IMG/VR virus record: IMGVR_UViG_2859895461_000003
Span: 1 to 64,000 of that record
Length of the DNA: 64,000 bases
From: a virus
Lineage: Duplodnaviria; Caudoviricetes
Strand: one strand, 5' to 3'
The notes under the pieces are model-generated. The model saw only the letters and a program-made list of their open reading frames with translations, searched no databases and was not told the origin of the DNA. Each line of letters begins with the position of its first letter. The first letter of the stretch is position 1. Below are positions 9,449-19,061 of this stretch, one piece after another. A program made the position numbers and the translations under genes.

Positions 9449-9664
9449 TTGGGGGATAGCAAAATGAAAAGAAGAGAAGTTTTATATCACATAGATTTAA
9501 TGCTAGAAAGAAATATAGGAGAGGATAAAAAGGCTTTAAATGTAGCTAAAAAATCCATTTTAAAAGAATATAGATTTAAGTTTTGGGCTAATGTAATTTT
9601 ACTTATAGCAACAGCAATAATGTTTGGGAGTTTTGTAGTAATGTCTTACTTTATTTATAGATAA
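9449..9664 (+). CDS. Small membrane protein
   Basis: C-terminal hydrophobic helix. Confidence 0.55.
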   Translation: MGDSKMKRREVLYHIDLMLERNIGEDKKALNVAKKSILKEYRFKFWANVILLIATAIMFGSFVVMSYFIYR

Positions 9665-9686
9665 AACAAAAGAAAGGGCTGATACA

Positions 9687-10559
9687 ATGGCAGAAGTTAA
9701 ATGGATAAAAATAACAACCAATATGTTTGATGATGAAAAAATAAAATTAATAGATGCCATGCCGGAAAGAGATACAATTCATTATATTTGGATAAGGCTT
9801 TTAGTTCAAGCAGGAAAAACAAATGCAAATGGATACATTTTTTTAAATGAGAATGTTCCATATACAGAAGAAATGCTTTCAACTATTTTTAATAGGCCAT
9901 TAAATTCAGTAAGGTTAGCTTTAAAAACATTGAATGATTTTGGAATGATAGAATTAGCTGAAAATCATTTAATTAAGATTACTAACTGGTCAAAGCATCA
10001 AAATATAGAAGGTATGGAGAAAGTAAGGGAACAAACTAAGAAAAGAGTAGCTAAACATAGAGCAAAGAAAAAAGAATTATTAGAAGCTGCTAAAGAGGAA
10101 ACTTGTGGGAGTAACGAGGTTAAAAGGAGTGTAACGTTACATGAAACGTTAAGTAACGGAACAGAAGAAGAAGAAGATAAAGAAGAAGATATAGATATAG
10201 AAGAAGATAATAATCTTCTTTATATAGAAAATAACATAGAAAAAATTATAGATTATTATTGTTCTAAAGCTGGTATAGTATCAATTAATTTTAAACCTAA
10301 AGAATTTGAAACAGTGGAAGAATTATTACAAAAAGTGCCTGTAGATGTAATAAAAAAGGGTATAGATGATGCTTTTAAAAATTATAAACCAAGTTTTAAA
10401 GGTGAAAAGATAAGTTCATTTAACTATTGTAAACCAGTAATATTAAAAATTTGGAATAATATAAACATCAAAAAGAAAGGAGCAAACTCAAAAGATGGAA
10501 ACAATAGCTCAAGTACTGATGAACAGCAAAGACTTACAGCCGAAGGTATCGGAATATAA
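9687..10559 (+). CDS. Phage replisome organizer / replication initiator
   Basis: MAEVKWIKITTNMFDDEKIKLI N-terminal domain; internal GTAACG repeats/palindromes at ~10110-10160 (likely origin). Confidence 0.9.
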   Translation: MAEVKWIKITTNMFDDEKIKLIDAMPERDTIHYIWIRLLVQAGKTNANGYIFLNENVPYTEEMLSTIFNRPLNSVRLALKTLNDFGMIELAENHLIKITNWSKHQNIEGMEKVREQTKKRVAKHRAKKKELLEAAKEETCGSNEVKRSVTLHETLSNGTEEEEDKEEDIDIEEDNNLLYIENNIEKIIDYYCSKAGIVSINFKPKEFETVEELLQKVPVDVIKKGIDDAFKNYKPSFKGEKISSFNYCKPVILKIWNNINIKKKGANSKDGNNSSSTDEQQRLTAEGIGI

Positions 10560-11322
10560 AATAGAAACTTGTGATAATTGTGGTGAGCCAGTAGAAAAAA
10601 TAATTAATTTACTAGGTACAGAAAGAATTGTTCCCATAATGTGTTCATGTAAAAAGGCAAAGCATGAGGCTAAAAAAATTGAAGAAGAAAATAAAGAGAG
10701 ACAATTGAGAGTTAAAAGCATAATTAAAAATTCATTAATGGATGAAAAGTTTAAGAGCAGTAGATTTGATAACTGGGATTTTAGTAAAGGCACTAAGAAA
10801 ATGTACAATATAGGCTTTAAATATGCAACAAAATTTTCTGAAATGAAAAAAGAATCAATAGGTTTATTAATTCATGGTGATCCTGGCAATGGTAAAACTC
10901 ATACAACAGCATGTATAGCAAATGAACTAATAGATAAAATGATTCCTGTTATATGTGTAAATATAGATGGTTTACTAAATAGAATCAAAGAAACATATAA
11001 CACATGGGGTAAAGAAGGAGAAGAAACTATATTAAAAAGTTTGAGCAATGCAGACTTATTGATTATAGATGATTTAGGAACAGAGCAGGATACAGATTGG
11101 GCCAAAAGTAAAATATACAACATCTTGGATAGCAGGTACAGAAATGGATTACCAATTATAGTTACTACAAATATTTCTTTAGTAGAACTTAAAGAAAAAT
11201 ATCATAAAAGAACTTATGATAGGCTCTTAGAAATGTGTACTCCAGTATTTAATGATGGAAAGAGCATAAGAGTAGAAAAGGCTAAAGAGAAAACACAAAT
11301 ATTAAAAGAATTATTAAGTTAA
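10495..11322 (+). CDS. DnaC/IstB-like helicase loader
   Basis: Walker A GDPGNGKT, LLIIDDLG, IIVTTN, N-terminal Zn-binding Cys residues. Confidence 0.9.
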   Translation: METIAQVLMNSKDLQPKVSEYKIETCDNCGEPVEKIINLLGTERIVPIMCSCKKAKHEAKKIEEENKERQLRVKSIIKNSLMDEKFKSSRFDNWDFSKGTKKMYNIGFKYATKFSEMKKESIGLLIHGDPGNGKTHTTACIANELIDKMIPVICVNIDGLLNRIKETYNTWGKEGEETILKSLSNADLLIIDDLGTEQDTDWAKSKIYNILDSRYRNGLPIIVTTNISLVELKEKYHKRTYDRLLEMCTPVFNDGKSIRVEKAKEKTQILKELLS

Positions 11323-11325
11323 AGA

Positions 11326-11574
11326 ATGGGGGATAAAAATATGTGGATTAGAAGTAAAGGAAAAGATGTTTTAGCACATTGTGAAAATATAGAGGTTGAT
11401 GGATCAAGTGTGTATGGGTCTCATTATTTTTTAGGAGAATATGAAACTGAAAAAAGAGCATTGGAAGTATTAGATATGATAGAGGATAGGATAATTAAAG
11501 GAAATAAGTTTGATGATATATACAATGGGAAAAGAACAACTAGGGACTTTGTATTTCAAATGCCACAGGAATAG
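11326..11574 (+). CDS. Hypothetical phage protein
   Basis: MWIRS...LGEYETEKRALEVLD...FQMPQE. Confidence 0.6.
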   Translation: MGDKNMWIRSKGKDVLAHCENIEVDGSSVYGSHYFLGEYETEKRALEVLDMIEDRIIKGNKFDDIYNGKRTTRDFVFQMPQE

Positions 11575-11585
11575 GAGGTTTAAAG

Positions 11586-12485
11586 ATGCAGAATCAAGAG
11601 ATTATAGAAAAAATAAAAAAATTATATAATAAGGGATTTACGCAAAAACAAGTAGGAGAAAAATTAGGAATGACCCAAAATAAAATATCATACTTGATGA
11701 AAAAATACAACATAAAAACAAGAAATAGTATCTGGACAGAAGAGGAAGAAGAATATTTACAGAGTCGTTATGGAAAGACAACACTTAAAAGAATAGCTAA
11801 AAAACTTGGTAGAAGTGAAAATGCTATAGAGATTAAGGCTGGTAGGTTAGGACTTTCTAGTGCATTAGAAGCGACAGGAGAGTTAACAGCAGCGGAACTT
11901 GCAGAAATATTTAAAATAGATAGCCATGTGATTGTTAATAGATGGATAAAAAATAAGGGGTTAAAAGCACAATATAAGGCAATTAAATTCACAAGAAAGT
12001 TTTGGAGAATAAAAATAGAAGATTTTTGGAAATGGGCTGAGGATAATAAAGAAATAATTAATTTTTCTAAGTTAGAAAGAAACATATTAGGAAAAGAACC
12101 TAGCTGGGTAAACATAGAAAGGAAAAAAGATTTCAAAGAAAAGCCTAAAAGACAACATCAATTTTGGAATGAATTAGAGGATAGAAAATTAAAAAACTTA
12201 TGGAAAAGTTCAAAAAGTATAAAAGAAATAGCAGAAATTTTAAATAGGAGTTCAAGTAGTGTTAGACATAGATCAAAAAGATTAGGTTTAAAACCTAATA
12301 AAAAGGTGAATATACCTTGGACTAATGAAGAAGTAAATACAGTGATAAGAATGAAAAAGAATGGAGCGTTAGATAAAGAGATAGCTTGGGAGTTAGGAAG
12401 AAGTACAGGGAATATATCTTGGAAGAGAAAAGAGCTTATAAAGCAAGGCAAATTAAATTGGCAATATAGAAGAATGGAGGCTTAA
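11586..12485 (+). CDS. Multi-HTH DNA-binding protein with Myb-like W-x-x-x-E repeats
   Basis: WTEEEEEYL, WNELEDRKL, WTNEEVNTV each followed by an IAxxLxRS helix pair. Confidence 0.7.
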   Translation: MQNQEIIEKIKKLYNKGFTQKQVGEKLGMTQNKISYLMKKYNIKTRNSIWTEEEEEYLQSRYGKTTLKRIAKKLGRSENAIEIKAGRLGLSSALEATGELTAAELAEIFKIDSHVIVNRWIKNKGLKAQYKAIKFTRKFWRIKIEDFWKWAEDNKEIINFSKLERNILGKEPSWVNIERKKDFKEKPKRQHQFWNELEDRKLKNLWKSSKSIKEIAEILNRSSSSVRHRSKRLGLKPNKKVNIPWTNEEVNTVIRMKKNGALDKEIAWELGRSTGNISWKRKELIKQGKLNWQYRRMEA

Positions 12486-12486
12486 C

Positions 12487-12735
12487 ATGATAGCTGTATT
12501 AGTTAAGGAAATAGTGAACAAAGAAACAGAAGAAAAACAAACATTTAAAGAAGAAAATACAATTTTAAAATTTATTCTAAAGGAATATGTAAAGAGAAGT
12601 ATGGACTATAAGAATTCGTTGCTAGAAAGTTTGGAACTACTGGACAAGTACCAGGAAGAAGTAGAAAGTTTAAAGCTAAGAGCCAATCTATGGGCAGATG
12701 AAGCAGTAAAATTATATAACAACATGGGGATTTAG
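12487..12735 (+). CDS. Hypothetical coiled-coil protein (3' end possibly frameshifted)
   Basis: ORF track; alternate-frame continuation to 12806. Confidence 0.5.
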   Translation: MIAVLVKEIVNKETEEKQTFKEENTILKFILKEYVKRSMDYKNSLLESLELLDKYQEEVESLKLRANLWADEAVKLYNNMGI

Positions 12736-12808
12736 ATAAGGCTCTAAGAGTAGTAGCTAAGGAAATAATGTTATATGAATTAAATAAAAATAAGGGAGAG
12801 ATGTAATT

Positions 12809-13051
12809 ATGAAAAATACAGGAATAGTAAGAAAGATAGATCCATTAGGAAGAATAGTTTTACCAAAGGAACTTAGAAAGGCTTTAAACATTAAGGACAA
12901 TGAAACGCCATTAGAAATTTACACAGAAGGAGAAGAAATAATTCTAAAAAAATATGAACCAGCGTGTATATTTTGTGGAGAAGCTAAAGAGGTTATAAAC
13001 TTCAAAGGTAAAAATATTTGTAAAATCTGTTTAAAGGAGTTAGGCAAATAG
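12809..13051 (+). CDS. AbrB-family transition-state regulator
   Basis: MKNTGIVRKIDPLGRIVLPKELRK...IILKKY, C-terminal CxxC...CxxC. Confidence 0.9.
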   Translation: MKNTGIVRKIDPLGRIVLPKELRKALNIKDNETPLEIYTEGEEIILKKYEPACIFCGEAKEVINFKGKNICKICLKELGK

Positions 13052-13431
13052 TGAGTATTGAAGATTATGTGAATTTAAAAATTAAAGAAATGGTAAATGA
13101 TGCACATAGAAATGCAATAGATCATGGGTTTTGGGAAGAAGAACAGAATATAATAACTAAAATGTGTGTAAAAGAATTTGAAGATGAGGAAATTAAAGCC
13201 GTAAAAAGAGCATTTATGTGTCAAAGATTAATGCTTATAGTGAGTGAAGTATCAGAAGCAGTTAATGCATTAAGAAAAGATGATAAAGAAAATTATGGTG
13301 AAGAGCTTGCAGATATAATTTTAAGAACGTCTGATACTTCGCTAGGAGATACAGTTGATATTGAAAAAGAGATTAAAAAGAAAATGAAAAAGAATAGGAG
13401 TAGACCATATAAGCATGGTAAAGTATTTTAG
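13051..13431 (+). CDS. MazG-like nucleotide pyrophosphohydrolase
   Basis: SEVSEA...EELADIILR...KNRSRPYKHGK. Confidence 0.8.
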   Translation: MSIEDYVNLKIKEMVNDAHRNAIDHGFWEEEQNIITKMCVKEFEDEEIKAVKRAFMCQRLMLIVSEVSEAVNALRKDDKENYGEELADIILRTSDTSLGDTVDIEKEIKKKMKKNRSRPYKHGKVF

Positions 13432-13528
13432 ATAACTAAATACTGTAGGTATAGGCTAACTAAGGGCATATTTATACCTATGGTGTATGAGTATAATAAA
13501 ACACTAATACTGAAAGGAGAACAATATT

Positions 13529-13921
13529 ATGGAAAAGATGATTAATCTAGAAACCTTTGCTGATGGAGCATTGGCAGAAAAAATCAATATGGCTTTAAAG
13601 GAGGTGTTAGAAAACATTGCGGATCCAAACACAGATTATAAAACAAAAAGAAAGTTAACTGTAGATATGACATTTGCTAGTGGAGAGGACAGAGAATTAA
13701 CAGAAGTATCAATAGTAGCAAAACCTAAGTTAGCTCCAACGAAACCACTTGCAGCTAAGATTGTAATTGGTACAGATGGCAAAGGTGGAATACTTGCTAG
13801 TGAATACAAGAAGCAAATTCCAGGACAAAGCACTATGAGAGTTGATGAAGAAACTGGCGAAGTGCTAACTACTGCAGAAGAAAAAGAAGTAGATCTTAAA
13901 GGAATCAAATTAGTAAAATAA
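13529..13921 (+). CDS. Conserved phage protein
   Basis: GALAEKIN...NIADPNT pattern; RBS. Confidence 0.65.
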   Translation: MEKMINLETFADGALAEKINMALKEVLENIADPNTDYKTKRKLTVDMTFASGEDRELTEVSIVAKPKLAPTKPLAAKIVIGTDGKGGILASEYKKQIPGQSTMRVDEETGEVLTTAEEKEVDLKGIKLVK

Positions 13922-13947
13922 TAAAAATAAAATTGGAGGAATGAAAA

Positions 13948-14661
13948 ATGATAAATAAAGAAGCTTTAGAATACTTAGTAAATTTAGGAGAGAAAAGGGA
14001 CCCAATTATTCAACTAGATCAAGGAACTTTTTCAACAAAAGGATTAGATAGGGTTGCAGGACCATTAGCAGACACATTAACAGTATCAACACTTATAGGA
14101 TTAGTAGATTATATAAAGACAAATACAGATAAATTACAAAGTGAATTATTAATACAAGTAAAATCACATGATGATATAAGACTATATAGTCGCTTAAATG
14201 AGGATAGAGAAAGAGAAATGTATATAAAAGCAGTAGCTATTTTGCCAAATAATATTTATTATGACAGATTCATAGGCACAGAAGAATTTAACATTATGCT
14301 TCAAAGTTCATTTGTAGATGTAGGAGATAAAGAGGTTCTATTAAAATATACAGGCTTAATAAAAGATGAAGCAGTAAAAAGTACAGGTGATGATGGAGTA
14401 TCTCAAGCAGTGACAATAAAAACTGGTGTAGCAAGCGTAGGACAAGCAGTAGTACCTAATCCAGTAACATTAGCACCATATAGAACATTTCCAGAAATTG
14501 AACAACCTTTAAGTAAATTTATATTTAGGATGCAACAAGGACCTAAAGCAGCTATTTTTGAAGCTGATGGTGGGGCTTGGAGAAATGAAGCCATGAGAAG
14601 AATAAAAGCATATTTGGAAGAAGAATTAAAAGGAATAGAAAACATTAATATAATATCTTAG
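13948..14661 (+). CDS. Conserved phage protein
   Basis: DDGVSQ...PNPVTLAPYRTFPEIEQP...FEADGGAW. Confidence 0.65.
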   Translation: MINKEALEYLVNLGEKRDPIIQLDQGTFSTKGLDRVAGPLADTLTVSTLIGLVDYIKTNTDKLQSELLIQVKSHDDIRLYSRLNEDREREMYIKAVAILPNNIYYDRFIGTEEFNIMLQSSFVDVGDKEVLLKYTGLIKDEAVKSTGDDGVSQAVTIKTGVASVGQAVVPNPVTLAPYRTFPEIEQPLSKFIFRMQQGPKAAIFEADGGAWRNEAMRRIKAYLEEELKGIENINIIS

Positions 14662-14725
14662 CAAACATGGACAGGCAGTAATAAACAAACTTACTGCTTG
14701 TCCTATAAACAAAGGGGATGAAAAT

Positions 14726-15088
14726 TTGGAAGAATATAAACATTGTGAGGTGTGCGGTAGGTTATATCCAGAGAAACACCATATTGTTTTTAAAAGCCAA
14801 GGAGGACTAGATTTCTTTTTAAACTTTAAATATTTATGTGTAGAACATCATAAGGGGAAAAACTCCCCACATATGTGTAAAAAAATAGACCTGGAGTATA
14901 AGAAAGAACTCCAAGCTAAATTAAAAAATAAATTAATCCAAGATTATTATACAAAAAATGAACTAATTAAGATACTAGAACTTAATAGAAAACAAGTTAA
15001 AAAGATGTGTAGAAAATTTTTATTATACAAGGAAGGTTATAAAACAGAGGATATTATAAGAAGGCTAATGGGCAGTAAATTGTATTAA
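14726..15088 (+). CDS. HNH-like nuclease
   Basis: CEVCG...HHIVFKSQGG...LCVEHH...H. Confidence 0.65.
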   Translation: MEEYKHCEVCGRLYPEKHHIVFKSQGGLDFFLNFKYLCVEHHKGKNSPHMCKKIDLEYKKELQAKLKNKLIQDYYTKNELIKILELNRKQVKKMCRKFLLYKEGYKTEDIIRRLMGSKLY

Positions 15089-15103
15089 AAGAGCGGTGCT
15101 GAA

Positions 15104-15268
15104 ATGTCAAATAGAGGCAAAGCAAATAAAACTTATATATTACTTCAGCAAAGAAAGAGAAATAAGGAAAGAAGAAAAGAACAGGATTATATGTTGCACG
15201 CAATGGAGAACCTGGATAGAACCTATAAGAAAAATTATAAAGGATTAAAAAGGAGAGGTCAAATTTGA
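15104..15268 (+). CDS. Hypothetical basic 54-aa protein
   Basis: Open frame overlapping the next start. Confidence 0.45.
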   Translation: MSNRGKANKTYILLQQRKRNKERRKEQDYMLHAMENLDRTYKKNYKGLKRRGQI

Positions 15269-15669
15269 GGTGGACAGAGGAACAGTATCGGGAGTACCTA
15301 AAAAATAGAGGTCAGAAAGTAGAAAAACCCAAAGCTCAGAAAAAACAAAAATATAAAAATAAAGGTATCTGGATAGATGGAGTATTTTTCAGAAGTCAAT
15401 TAGAAGCTAAAAGGTACTGCCAATTAAAGTTGTTATTTTACGCTAAGGAAATAGTAGGATTTGTATTACAACCAGAATTTATTTTACAAGAAGGCAATGA
15501 AGAAAATAGAGCAATAAAATACAGTGCAGACTTTTTAATATTAAATAAAGATGGGACCTATACAGTAGAAGATACAAAGGGATATGAATCAGAGCAATGG
15601 AAGAGAACTTACAAACAATTTAAACTTAGATACCCAAATATAGATTTAAAGATACTAAAGGAAGTGTAG
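15265..15669 (+). CDS. DUF1064-family PD-(D/E)XK nuclease
   Basis: KYKNK...DGVFFRSQLEA...LQPEF...YSADF...VEDTKG. Confidence 0.8.
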   Translation: MRWTEEQYREYLKNRGQKVEKPKAQKKQKYKNKGIWIDGVFFRSQLEAKRYCQLKLLFYAKEIVGFVLQPEFILQEGNEENRAIKYSADFLILNKDGTYTVEDTKGYESEQWKRTYKQFKLRYPNIDLKILKEV

Positions 15670-15671
15670 AT

Positions 15672-16019
15672 ATGACACCAATAGAAATAATGCAAAAGAT
15701 AGGAGTATGTCAGCAAGCTTTGACTAGAGGAAATATAGAATTAAAAACTCTAGGAGTAAAGAAAGCTGCAGCAGAGCATGACTATAAAATAGCATTAAGA
15801 AAAGAAATTTTAGGATTAAGGCAACTTGAAAAACAACCAGCAACACTAATAAATGATTTAGCTAAAGGTAAAGAAGAAATTGCAAAATTAAGATTAAATA
15901 GAGATATAGCACAAACTAACTATAGTGTATGTATAGAAGCTATGAGAAATTTGAGATTAGAACTTGAAGCATATAGAAGCTTTCTTACATGGGAGCGTGT
16001 AGAGCTTAAGAATACGTAA
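15672..16019 (+). CDS. Hypothetical coiled-coil phage protein
   Basis: ORF track. Confidence 0.6.
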   Translation: MTPIEIMQKIGVCQQALTRGNIELKTLGVKKAAAEHDYKIALRKEILGLRQLEKQPATLINDLAKGKEEIAKLRLNRDIAQTNYSVCIEAMRNLRLELEAYRSFLTWERVELKNT

Positions 16020-16110
16020 TTTGAATTAATTGTGTACTAACTGAAATTAAAAAATTGGAGTAATTCTAGATAAAAAAGTGTGGCCACACCTCCGGGGATG
16101 GAGGAAAGAA

Positions 16111-17094
16111 ATGAAAATATTATTGGTTAATGTTGATTCTAAATTTAATCTTGCAATAAGAAGAATGTATAACTATTTTAAAGATAATAATGAAGTGGAA
16201 ATGATAGATTTAAAACTTGATGGTTATCCAAATAGAAAAAAGAAAATAGTTGATGGGACTGGTTATGACAAAGTATATTCAAGTAATATTTTTGAAATTA
16301 ATCAAAATAGATTTAAAATAGTTGGCTGTAATAATATTGTTTATGGTGGAATAGGTTCGGTTGATCCAAACTTAAAGTTACCAGTAGAAATAGAAAATAC
16401 AGAACCGTTTTATTATCCAGAAGAAGATACAAGCTATGGCTTTATTACTAGAGGTTGCATAAGAAATTGTTTCTTTTGCAAAGTGCCTAAATATGAGGGG
16501 AAATTAAAAGTTTATAACTCATTAGAAACCATTATTAAACATAAAAAAGTTAAGTTTTTAGACAACAATATATTAGCCTATGACAAACATATGGAAGTGT
16601 TTAAGTATCTTATAGAGAATAACATCAGATGTGAATTTAACCAGGGATTAGATTTTAGATTGATTAATGAAGATAATGCAAAGTTACTATCAGAATTGAA
16701 CTATATGGGTGAATATATATTTGCTTTTGATGATCCTAAGTATCAGCCACTATTGGAAAAACAATTGAAAATAATAAAAAAGTATATTCCTAAGGAATGG
16801 AAAGTTAAATTTTATATCTATCAAAATAAAGACATGGATATATCATTATTAATTCATAGAGTTGAATGGTGTAGAAAAAACAAGTGCTTGCCTTACTTTA
16901 TGATAGATATAAATTGTTGGGATAGCACTGAAAGAAATTTTTATATTGATTATGCAGCATATTGTAATCAACCTAGTTTCTTTAAAAGTATGGACTTTGA
17001 AACATTTTTATATAAAAGGCATAAGAAGATTGAAAGAATAAAAGAAAGTCTTAAAATTTACAATGACAATTTAGTATGTAAATATGCTATCTAA
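16111..17094 (+). CDS. Radical SAM protein
   Basis: TRGCIRNCFFC (CxxxCxxC), FLDNNIL, FNQGLD; GGAGG RBS before ATG 16111. Confidence 0.85.
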   Translation: MKILLVNVDSKFNLAIRRMYNYFKDNNEVEMIDLKLDGYPNRKKKIVDGTGYDKVYSSNIFEINQNRFKIVGCNNIVYGGIGSVDPNLKLPVEIENTEPFYYPEEDTSYGFITRGCIRNCFFCKVPKYEGKLKVYNSLETIIKHKKVKFLDNNILAYDKHMEVFKYLIENNIRCEFNQGLDFRLINEDNAKLLSELNYMGEYIFAFDDPKYQPLLEKQLKIIKKYIPKEWKVKFYIYQNKDMDISLLIHRVEWCRKNKCLPYFMIDINCWDSTERNFYIDYAAYCNQPSFFKSMDFETFLYKRHKKIERIKESLKIYNDNLVCKYAI

Positions 17095-17306
17095 TGTCGC
17101 AATTCAAAGAAATGGAGATATATGAAATGAATAAATATAGGGTTGAATTTAGAACAAATAGTAAGGATTATTTTAGAAAAGATTGTAGTGAAAATCAATT
17201 AGAAGAAACTAAGAAGCTTATTAAAAGTATTAAAAATCAAGAGGGAACAGGAAAATGTTTCTATAGAAGATTCCCACTAGGGAAAAGTAAAAAGATATAT
17301 TTTTAA
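17094..17306 (+). CDS. Hypothetical protein
   Basis: ORF track. Confidence 0.5.
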   Translation: MSQFKEMEIYEMNKYRVEFRTNSKDYFRKDCSENQLEETKKLIKSIKNQEGTGKCFYRRFPLGKSKKIYF

Positions 17307-17391
17307 ATATTAAGACACATTGTAAATAAGGTCCAGGATATAAATAAAATTTAAAAATGTCTTTAATGGCAATATACAAGGAGGTATTTAT

Positions 17392-18387
17392 ATGTACAGT
17401 TCAAGCAGTAAAGAAGAAGTTGTAATTAAATTAGTGGGCAAGCTATCTTTAGAAATTCCAGATATAGATCAATTAAAAGTTAGAAATATAGTAGAGGAAG
17501 TATTGTATAGATACAGTATATTGCCAGAAGAGACAGGACTTGTAAGTGGCGATATAGAAGAAAAACCACGAATATACTTAGCATCTAAGAAACTGGATGG
17601 CTTAAGTATAAAAACATTAAAAAATTATAGATATAACCTAATAATATTTGGAGACTATTTAAGAAAACCACTAGCCGCTATAAATACAATGGATCTTAGA
17701 ATGTTCTTAGCGGTTAGATGCAAGAGCATGAAAGCAACTAGTGTAAATGGACAAATCTCTATATTAAAAAGTTTCTTTGCTTGGCTACATGATGAGGAAT
17801 ATATCCCTAAGAATCCAGCTAAAAAATTAAAACAAACCAAGGAACCTAAGAGGTTACGTCATGCTATGACAGAAGAGGAAGTAGAACTTTTAAGGCAGGC
17901 TTCTAAAACGGATAGGGAAAGAGCTTTAATAGAGTTCCTAATAAGTACTGGGTGTAGATTATCAGAAGTAGTTGGAGTAAATAAAGATGATATAAACTGG
18001 CATGAGATGTCTTTAAATGTAATTGGTAAAGGGAACAAAGAAAGAAAAGTTTACTTTAGTACAAAAGCTAAAATTTTATTGAAAAAATATTTATTAACTA
18101 GAGAAGATAACAACGAAGCATTATTTGTTACATCTAAAAGACCTCATGGTAGATTAGGTGGAAGATCTATACAAAGAGAAATTAAAAAGATAGCAAAGAG
18201 GGCTGAAATAGATAAGTCTATTTATCCTCATTTGTTCAGGCATAGTTTTGCAACTTGTAAGATTAATAGTGGAATGCCTCTTCCAGTGTTACAACACATT
18301 ATGGGGCATGAAAATCCATCAACTACACAGGTTTATGCACAATTGAGTGAGGAAAATATCAAATACGAATATAAAAAAATATCTTAG
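17392..18387 (+). CDS. XerD-like tyrosine recombinase
   Basis: STGCRLSE, GKGNKER, HLFRHSFA, GH...TTQVY: complete catalytic set. Confidence 0.92.
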   Translation: MYSSSSKEEVVIKLVGKLSLEIPDIDQLKVRNIVEEVLYRYSILPEETGLVSGDIEEKPRIYLASKKLDGLSIKTLKNYRYNLIIFGDYLRKPLAAINTMDLRMFLAVRCKSMKATSVNGQISILKSFFAWLHDEEYIPKNPAKKLKQTKEPKRLRHAMTEEEVELLRQASKTDRERALIEFLISTGCRLSEVVGVNKDDINWHEMSLNVIGKGNKERKVYFSTKAKILLKKYLLTREDNNEALFVTSKRPHGRLGGRSIQREIKKIAKRAEIDKSIYPHLFRHSFATCKINSGMPLPVLQHIMGHENPSTTQVYAQLSEENIKYEYKKIS

Positions 18388-18401
18388 GAAGGTGAAGAAT
18401 A

Positions 18402-18728
18402 ATGCCATTTCATAAAATAGATACAGAAAAAGAAATAAGAAAAGCTATTAAAAAGAATCCTGAACTTGCAAAAGAAATAGAGAAAGCAGATGCAGAATAT
18501 AGGGAGTTAAAAGCAAGAAAAGAAAATACAGATAAAGAAATGATAAAAGCTATACAATATTTCAATGGTTATGGAAGTCCTTATGATGAATTAGTTATAG
18601 CAACATTAGAAAAACAAGTACCTAAGAAGGTTATAAGAACAAAAACAATAAGTCAAGCATGCCCAGTTTGTAAATCAGCAGTGAATTGGAAGTATTGTTC
18701 AAACTGCGGTCAAAGATTAACTTACTAA
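18402..18728 (+). CDS. Hypothetical Zn-ribbon protein
   Basis: CPVC...CSNCGQRL. Confidence 0.6.
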   Translation: MPFHKIDTEKEIRKAIKKNPELAKEIEKADAEYRELKARKENTDKEMIKAIQYFNGYGSPYDELVIATLEKQVPKKVIRTKTISQACPVCKSAVNWKYCSNCGQRLTY

Positions 18729-18973
18729 TGGAAAGAGGGGGAACAATGGCGAAAAGAGATAATGTTTATTTAGTGCTTATGACACATTGTAATGTTAACT
18801 TACAATGTGATGATAAAAAGCTCCAGTTAAGATATAGAAAGCCTAATAAAGATAGTGAATATGGGGTTTGGTTTTGCAATGGAGAAAATACAGGATTACA
18901 GGTAACTGAGTTGTATGAAACATTAAAAGAGAAATATAAGAGTATAAAAGTTGTTTGGAAAAGACAGTTTTAA
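18686..18973 (+). CDS. Hypothetical protein
   Basis: ORF track; likely start MAKRD after AGAGGGG. Confidence 0.5.
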   Translation: MEVLFKLRSKINLLMERGGTMAKRDNVYLVLMTHCNVNLQCDDKKLQLRYRKPNKDSEYGVWFCNGENTGLQVTELYETLKEKYKSIKVVWKRQF

Positions 18974-19061
18974 AACTAAATAGGTGTAGGAATCAAACTA
19001 AGCATTTCTACACCTTAGCTGTACTAGTGTAATAATATGATAAGACTATGGAGGGTTAAGA

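Noticed and set aside
10160-10210. GAAGAAGAT-type repeats in the initiator gene
   Set aside because: Ordinary feature of phage initiator/origin regions; covered by the CDS call.
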